64,000 nucleotides of DNA, from positions 40,108 through 104,107 of the forward strand of contig JAJFKC010000026.1 in NCBI GenBank assembly GCA_021773435.1. The letters run 5' to 3'. Both the position numbers and the translations under genes were made by a program. Source of the stretch: Porticoccaceae bacterium. GTDB taxonomy: Bacteria > Pseudomonadota > Gammaproteobacteria > Pseudomonadales > Porticoccaceae. The notes under the pieces are model-generated. The model was given only the letters and a program-made list of their open reading frames with translations. It made no database searches and was not told the DNA's origin. Shown piece by piece: positions 58,688 through 64,000 of the stretch (the first letter of the stretch is position 1; every line of letters begins with the position of its first letter).

Positions 58688-59305
58688 CTAATTAGCGGCT
58701 GATAAGTTTGCCGTAAACAGGCGTGTTAGCTGGTCTTCCATATTGCGGCGAATATTGGTGGCGCGGCTTTCGAGCATCGCGTGAATCATGGCAAAGGGGA
58801 TAGCAACGGTTAAGCCAACAGCTGTGGTTAACAGGGCTTCCCAGATACCGCCCGCAAGCACCCCCGTGTCAGCACCACCGCCCTCATTGGCAAGACTGAA
58901 AAACACATCGATCATGCCCAATACGGTACCCAGCAAACCCAACATTGGCGACAGGTAGGCGATAAGTTCAATGAAGGAGTTGAGGCCGTTTACCCGGGTC
59001 ACAATTTGCTGGCCCTGGCGGGTCAACTCTTCGCGGATTTTGTCTTCACCATAAGATTTGTCGCTGAGCCAGGAAACACCGTTGCGAAGCAAATCACTAA
59101 ACGGCGATTTATCACCCTCCAACGCCGCTAAGGCGGACTCTGCTTGACCATTGACCCAGTGGCTAAGAGCCTTTTCGGCCTGCTGTTGCTTACCTTTGGA
59201 ATACGCTCGGTACTGCAGCACTTTGTACAAAACAATCGCTAAGCCAACCACAGACAATGCAATGAGAACGAGCACCACTGGCCCGCCCAACTCTAATAAT
59301 TCCAT
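58688..59305 (-). CDS. exbB: MotA/TolQ/ExbB proton-channel protein
   Basis: 3-TM layout with [14 protein letters not shown] and [15 protein letters not shown]. Confidence 0.9.
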   Translation of the reverse strand: MELLELGGPVVLVLIALSVVGLAIVLYKVLQYRAYSKGKQQQAEKALSHWVNGQAESALAALEGDKSPFSDLLRNGVSWLSDKSYGEDKIREELTRQGQQIVTRVNGLNSFIELIAYLSPMLGLLGTVLGMIDVFFSLANEGGGADTGVLAGGIWEALLTTAVGLTVAIPFAMIHAMLESRATNIRRNMEDQLTRLFTANLSAAN

Positions 59306-59496
59306 AGTGTTCCCTGTATCTTATTAATTGTTAATTTTAATTATTGTGCTAACTGCCCGAAGGCTTTTTGTGAAAAAATTTTTAGTGGGCAGCTTGGCGA
59401 CTAAACTACGCGTGTCGCGTAAACTAATAATACACGTTTTTAAAGTCAGTTCCCTCACATGCGTGATGCTAACCATAGCTCCTTCAGCGATTGCGA

Positions 59497-59946
59497 TCAG
59501 CGCCGATGTGCAGGCGGTGGCAAGCCCGCCGCTTCAGCGGGTAGATCGCGTTTATATTTGGGTAGAGCCGGATCGAGACACACCCAGGGCTGGGCAAAAT
59601 CCAGCCAGGCATCTAGCTCGGGGCTGAATTGTTCAGGATGATCCAGCGTGACTGCGTAGACCGGACGCATGCCTTTTACGCGAGTCGTGTGAGCAAAAAT
59701 CGTTGTGCCACACTGCCCGCAAAAAGCCCTGCTGACCTCGTGACCACTATCACCTTTACTGACATATTCGCTGTACGACCCACTAATGTTAAAAGCCCTG
59801 GTCGGCACTAGCATAACCGGCGCATAGGCTCCGCCCGTGGCGTGCTGACAAGAGCGGCAGTGGCAGTTTGCCTGGCCAAAAGGTTGCTGATCTACTTCAT
59901 AGCGAACGCTGCCGCAAAAACAGCCGCCAGTGATGGGTAGTTGCAT
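59497..59946 (-). CDS. GFA family protein (glutathione-dependent formaldehyde-activating / CENP-V-like Zn protein)
   Basis: GGCFCGSVRYEV…CHCRSCQ…FCGQCG cysteine pattern. Confidence 0.85.
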   Translation of the reverse strand: MQLPITGGCFCGSVRYEVDQQPFGQANCHCRSCQHATGGAYAPVMLVPTRAFNISGSYSEYVSKGDSGHEVSRAFCGQCGTTIFAHTTRVKGMRPVYAVTLDHPEQFSPELDAWLDFAQPWVCLDPALPKYKRDLPAEAAGLPPPAHRR

Positions 59947-60003
59947 TGCATTCCCCTCTATAAGGTCTGTCGGACACTATACCTTTTCGCAAAAAAAGGA
60001 CGG

Positions 60004-60882
60004 TTACAAATAGGTTGAAAGCCTGCCTTCAATTAAATCTTTTTGAGCCGACAAGGTCTCTATCAAAAAATCTCTACACACACGCACTCTGGCTGTGGTG
60101 CGCAGGTCTGCATGAATTAGTACCCACAGGCCCCATTCACTGGGATCGATATCCAGGTTAACCCTGAGCAAATCTGACTGAGTGTCGGCGGTCCAACAGG
60201 GCATTCGGGCCATTCCTAAACCTTCAGACACAGCCTGGCGCATGGATATTGCATCATCAACCCGCAGCGCAACTCGTGCATCAGGAAAGTGCTTTAGAAC
60301 CCAGTCAGGTAACTGACTGTCATCGCGCCAGAGTATTAATTCATGGCGCTGCAGACCCCTCGCCTGATATTTTTCTGAGGTGTAGATTCCTCGACCAAAA
60401 TCTGCCACTTTTTTGCCAACCAGGTGCTCTGGTGGTTTCGGTGTGCCTCTGATGGCGATATCCGCCTCTCTGGCACCCAGATCTCTCACCTCGGTGGTAA
60501 TAAACAACTCCAGATCAATGTCAGGATATTGATCGCAGAAGGTCTGCAATTGAGGCATCAACAGGGTATTGACCATGCCATGATAAGCCGTGATACACAA
60601 TTTACCCTGTAGTCGAGCATCACGACCGAATAACTCGCGCTCCAGAACACGGGTGCGTTCCTCAATTTCCAGCGCATATTGATAAATATTCTCAGCCGCC
60701 TGGGTCATCACATAACCGCTGGGCAGTCGCTCAAATAAACGCACAGCATGGATCTTTTCATATGCGTTTATGCGGCGCGCCACCGTGGAGTGATTAACGC
60801 CTAATTCAGCAGCAGCGCCAGAGATTGTCCCATTTTTGGCCACAGACAAAAAATATCGCAAATCATCCCAGTCATTCATCAA
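60004..60882 (-). CDS. LysR family transcriptional regulator
   Basis: WDDLRYFLSVAKNGTISGAAAELGVNHSTVARRI HTH, then a substrate-binding domain. Confidence 0.9.
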   Translation of the reverse strand: MMNDWDDLRYFLSVAKNGTISGAAAELGVNHSTVARRINAYEKIHAVRLFERLPSGYVMTQAAENIYQYALEIEERTRVLERELFGRDARLQGKLCITAYHGMVNTLLMPQLQTFCDQYPDIDLELFITTEVRDLGAREADIAIRGTPKPPEHLVGKKVADFGRGIYTSEKYQARGLQRHELILWRDDSQLPDWVLKHFPDARVALRVDDAISMRQAVSEGLGMARMPCWTADTQSDLLRVNLDIDPSEWGLWVLIHADLRTTARVRVCRDFLIETLSAQKDLIEGRLSTYL

Positions 60883-61026
60883 TGCATTATTGCACAGTTA
60901 ATTTGCAATAACTGATAATTTACACACAGCAGCTTCACGAGTAACCTTGTCGACAATTCCAAAGCAGTTAACCAAAATTTTACCCACCCGCTGCTTCAGG
61001 AAGCTAAGTCAACTAGAAGTGAGGAA

Positions 61027-61164
61027 ATGGATATGAATTCAATTGCTAAAGATAATAACGCTATCGCCAGTTACGGCCTGAGCACCGTTTTGGGCGGCGC
61101 TGCCTTAGTCTTCGCACTATATGCGCTTACGACGATCACTATCAGCCAGCCGGTTTTGTTTTAG
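61027..61164 (+). CDS. Candidate small (45-aa) single-TM membrane protein
   Basis: Below the track cutoff. My translation is MDMNSIAKDNNAIASYGLSTVLGGAALVFALYALTTITISQPVLF. The ATG directly follows GAGGAA. Divergent from the LysR gene. No homology evidence is available. Confidence 0.35.
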   Translation: MDMNSIAKDNNAIASYGLSTVLGGAALVFALYALTTITISQPVLF

Positions 61165-61225
61165 TACGCGACAACTGCCAGATTATTATTTGTTCATTCT
61201 GGTAGTTTTCTGCTTAACCTGACCG

Positions 61226-61308
61226 CAACCTTCAACCTTCAACCTTCAACCTTCAACCTTCAACCTTCAACCTTCAACCTTCAACCTTCAACCTTCAACC
61301 TTCAACCT
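61226..61308. repeat. Perfect heptanucleotide microsatellite, (CAACCTT) about 12 copies
   Basis: Read directly across 61226-61308 with no interruption. Intergenic. Confidence 0.95.
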
Positions 61309-61457
61309 AAATGGCTATCTATTCAGGACAATCTACTTGGGGCTAGCTAATAAAATAGGCCGCCTAAACTACAATCCTTACGGTCTGGCCTTATCTGGCT
61401 GTTTCTGGTTCTTACAAACGCGCCTACTATCAACCAACTAGCGATTTATGCTGGGTG

Positions 61458-62624
61458 CTAGCTGGGCAATCTCAACACTGCCTTAGCGAGAATATTACGC
61501 TGAATTTCATTACTACCACCATAGATAGTGGTGGGTCGTGACGCGATAAATTCGCCAGCAGCGCGCACTACTCCGTCAACGGTATCGATACCATCCTGAA
61601 TACCACCATGCTCACTGGCAGCTTCCATCATTAGCTCGGTAACCCGTTGCTGGGTTTCGGTGTTCCAGACTTTCAACATGGACACTTCCGGGCCAATATT
61701 GCCGCCGCGTTTAAGCACTTCAACAAAACGCTTATAGGCCGCAAACAGATCTTCAATATCCAATTGCAGGCGCGTATAACGCTCGACAAATAGTGGGTCT
61801 TTAAACAGACCCACAGATTTCGCCATCGACTTTAGCCTCGACATAGCGAGAATGGCGAACTTGGGGCTGCCGATAAATATGCGCTCGTGGCCTAACAGTG
61901 CCTTGGCAATTGTCCAGCCGTTGTTTTCGCCACCCACCACACTAGCGACCGGTACTTTGACGTCATCAAAAAACACTTCGGCGAACTCGTCGTGCATACC
62001 CAGGTTGACGATTGGTCGCACGGTGATGCCCGGCGTATCGAGAGGCACCAGCAAAAACGTTATGCCCTCCTGTTTTTTGCCGTCTTTATTGGTGCGAACC
62101 AACATGAAAATCATGTTGGCATCCATGGCTAGAGTGGTCCAGGTTTTATGGCCATTGACGATGTAGTGATCGCCATCACGCACTGCCGAGGTCTGCAGGG
62201 ACGCCAGATCGGAGCCCGAACCCGGTTCAGAATAGCCCTGGCACCATATATTCTCACCCGCTAATATCTTCGGCAGGTAGTGTTCCTTTTGCTCCTGAGA
62301 ACCATGCTGAATTAATAAGGGTCCAACCATGGTAATGCCCATATCCGGCGTTCTGCCCACACCATAGGTCTCGCCGACGTCCATGAAAATTAGCAATTTG
62401 TTGGCATCAAGGCCCATGCCGCCATATTCCGCAGGCCAGGCCGGGGTTAACCAGCCTTTTTTCGCCAGGGTTAAATACCAGTCACCAACCTGGTCCCAAT
62501 GCATGCGGTTGGGCGGAAAGCGCAGCTCGTCGGGGTAGTTTTCGACGTACCAGTCATGAACCATGGCACGAAATTCGTCATCTTCCATCGCGTTGTATTC
62601 ATTGCTTGCTTGCAAATTCGTCAT
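61458..62624 (-). CDS. Acyl-CoA dehydrogenase
   Basis: 388 aa with an ACAD pattern (…CQGYSEPGSGSDLAS…, …GGSNEIQRNILAK…). Confidence 0.9.
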   Translation of the reverse strand: MTNLQASNEYNAMEDDEFRAMVHDWYVENYPDELRFPPNRMHWDQVGDWYLTLAKKGWLTPAWPAEYGGMGLDANKLLIFMDVGETYGVGRTPDMGITMVGPLLIQHGSQEQKEHYLPKILAGENIWCQGYSEPGSGSDLASLQTSAVRDGDHYIVNGHKTWTTLAMDANMIFMLVRTNKDGKKQEGITFLLVPLDTPGITVRPIVNLGMHDEFAEVFFDDVKVPVASVVGGENNGWTIAKALLGHERIFIGSPKFAILAMSRLKSMAKSVGLFKDPLFVERYTRLQLDIEDLFAAYKRFVEVLKRGGNIGPEVSMLKVWNTETQQRVTELMMEAASEHGGIQDGIDTVDGVVRAAGEFIASRPTTIYGGSNEIQRNILAKAVLRLPS

Positions 62625-62636
62625 TGGTTGTCGCCC

Positions 62637-63764
62637 TTACAAAGTCAGTTCGGCATAGCGGGCACGGTGCGCCGCAGCATTGCCCAACCAGGAAGCCAGA
62701 TACATCGCCTTTTTGAAATACAGACCAATATTGGCCTCATCTGTATAACCGATACCCCCATGTAGCTGGATGGCGCTTTTGGTGATTTGCAGCGCAGCAT
62801 CGGAACACCGGGCCTTGACCTGACTGGCCGCTACGGCTCGCCCTTCGGCTGAGACCTCGCCGTCGAACAGGCCAATGGTTTGCAGCACCACAGAACGGGA
62901 AATTTCTGACAGAATAAACAGATCAACCATCTTATGTTGAAGGGCCTGAAAGCTGCCGATGGGCTTATCAAACTGAACACGCTGAGTCGTGTAGTCAACT
63001 GTGATTTCAAGAGCACGGGTCATGACACCCAGCAATTCAGCACTGGCGGCAACACGGCCTGTATCAAGGGCCGCTGCAAGAATCTGTTCGGCCAGCGCGA
63101 CGCTAGCGACCTTATCCCCGACCGCCACTTGATCAAAACTCAGCTGACCATAAAAGCCACCATCGACCCGCTGCTCGTAATCAATACTTAAACCAGTCGC
63201 ATCTTTATTGACCAGATACAATTCAGTACCCTCGGCGCTAGCCGCCGAGACGATAAAATCATCAGCGCCACCGGCATCGGGCACAAATATTTTCTTACCG
63301 CTTAGCTTGCCATCGACCACACTGACCTGTTCCGCCTTAACGCTCATGCTGCCACGGGCCTCCTGCCAGGCCAGTGCTGGTTTCCATTCGCCAGCCACCA
63401 GGGCGGGCAAACGATCTTTTTTGACAGCCTCGTTATCACCGTTCACCAACACGGTCGCGGCAATCACAGCAGTAGCCACAAAGGGCGCAGGCACCAGACC
63501 TTTGCCCAGCTGGATCAGAACCGTATGAAGATCATCGAAACCCAGGCCGATACCACCAAACTGCTCGGGGATCAAAAACCCCAGCCAACCCAGCTCAGCC
63601 ATTTCCTGCCAGGTGTTCTGGTCAAAACCCGGCTGCACGAAACGACTGGCTCGGGCTTTTTTTAATTCTTCATCCTCGCCGATGAAGGCAACAGCGCTAT
63701 CCTGAATCAGCACCTGCTGCTCACTCAGGACATCAATACGTGACTGCAAACTAATATCTTCCAC
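62637..63764 (-). CDS. Acyl-CoA dehydrogenase family protein (partner subunit type)
   Basis: 375 aa with an ACAD fold (…QFDKPIGSFQALQHK…, …QLHGGIGYTDE…). Lies 12 nt upstream of the second ACAD gene. Confidence 0.85.
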   Translation of the reverse strand: MEDISLQSRIDVLSEQQVLIQDSAVAFIGEDEELKKARASRFVQPGFDQNTWQEMAELGWLGFLIPEQFGGIGLGFDDLHTVLIQLGKGLVPAPFVATAVIAATVLVNGDNEAVKKDRLPALVAGEWKPALAWQEARGSMSVKAEQVSVVDGKLSGKKIFVPDAGGADDFIVSAASAEGTELYLVNKDATGLSIDYEQRVDGGFYGQLSFDQVAVGDKVASVALAEQILAAALDTGRVAASAELLGVMTRALEITVDYTTQRVQFDKPIGSFQALQHKMVDLFILSEISRSVVLQTIGLFDGEVSAEGRAVAASQVKARCSDAALQITKSAIQLHGGIGYTDEANIGLYFKKAMYLASWLGNAAAHRARYAELTL

Positions 63765-63792
63765 TCTTGTTCCTCATATGTCTGGGTCCTGA

Positions 63793-63848
63793 CCACTTAA
63801 ATAACTATTGGCCACTTCAAAAATAGCTATTGCCCACTTCAAAAAATT
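63793..63848. repeat. Three direct copies of a ~20-nt unit (CCACTTCAAAAAT-AGCTATTG) upstream of the ACAD operon
   Basis: ccacttaaataactattgg / ccacttcaaaaatagctattgc / ccacttcaaaaaatt. Starts 29 nt upstream of the start codon at 63764. Confidence 0.7.
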
Positions 63849-64000
63849 AACCCGTCAATCCATCTGTTAACCGGTATCTAGCCATCCATTGACCTCTATC
63901 TAGGCCGCTTGCCCATACCTGGAAAGATTACCGAAGTTAGCCCTTCAATCCACCGCTCTCAAGCGATCGGTAATCTGTTAATGAATATTATTACTTGTTA

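Noticed and set aside
52888-59305. A Zorya-type anti-phage system (MotAB-like stator) or a Bat/MoxR aerotolerance operon
   Set aside because: The stator is the short 3-TM ExbB type with ExbD partners, not a long ZorA with a tail. No ZorC/ZorD-like nuclease or helicase genes follow. For Bat, the MoxR AAA+ ATPase and DUF58 genes are absent, and the VWA protein does not have BatA/BatB topology.

Overview
The window looks like gammaproteobacterial chromosome, judged by gene content and synteny. Most of it is conserved housekeeping sequence. Three core synteny blocks stand out. (1) On the minus strand: rplM-rpsI, the bc1 complex genes, then sspA-sspB. (2) On the minus strand: mlaC-like gene, ibaG, murA, hisG, hisD, hisC. 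(3) Divergent from block 2 on the plus strand: yrbG-kdsD-kdsC-lptC-lptA-lptB-rpoN-hpf-ptsN-rapZ-npr. Around these lie redox and catabolic genes (three luciferase-like monooxygenases, a flavin reductase, a CoA-transferase, a thiolase, two acyl-CoA dehydrogenases, two GSTs), an RND efflux pair, ubiX, an MFS transporter, moeA, mgtE and oxyR. I recognised no rRNA, tRNA, CRISPR array or transposase.

Two regions look accessory and poorly explained.

(a) 52888-59305 is a six-gene minus-strand operon: ExbB, ExbD, an ExbD paralog lacking the transmembrane Asp, a membrane-anchored protein with a proline-rich spacer and a VWA/MIDAS domain in the position normally held by TonB, a 769-aa secreted helical protein, and a Tat-signal DUF1329 protein. 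This is my best candidate for an undescribed PMF-driven envelope system.

(b) 3498-6971 is a visibly AT-richer four-gene operon: a LicC-like cytidylyltransferase, a CobD/HisC-like PLP enzyme, a PssA-like CDP-alcohol phosphatidyltransferase and a SAM methyltransferase. It has a RelE/ParE-RHH toxin-antitoxin pair on its left. On its right is about 1 kb of non-coding DNA carrying copies of a GGTCTAGA-core repeat. The gene set suggests a Kennedy-like head-group or phosphodiester pathway.

Other points of interest:
- an in-frame cytochrome b-c1 fusion with a two-helix linker
- a decayed catalase remnant next to an intact oxyR
- a perfect run of about 12 copies of a heptanucleotide
- PPK2 paired with a Lys/Ala-rich H1-like protein
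- mlaC left without mlaFEDB
- several short tandem repeats in promoters and at gene 3' ends

All functional calls rest on reading the translated ORFs for family motifs and synteny. No database search was run.
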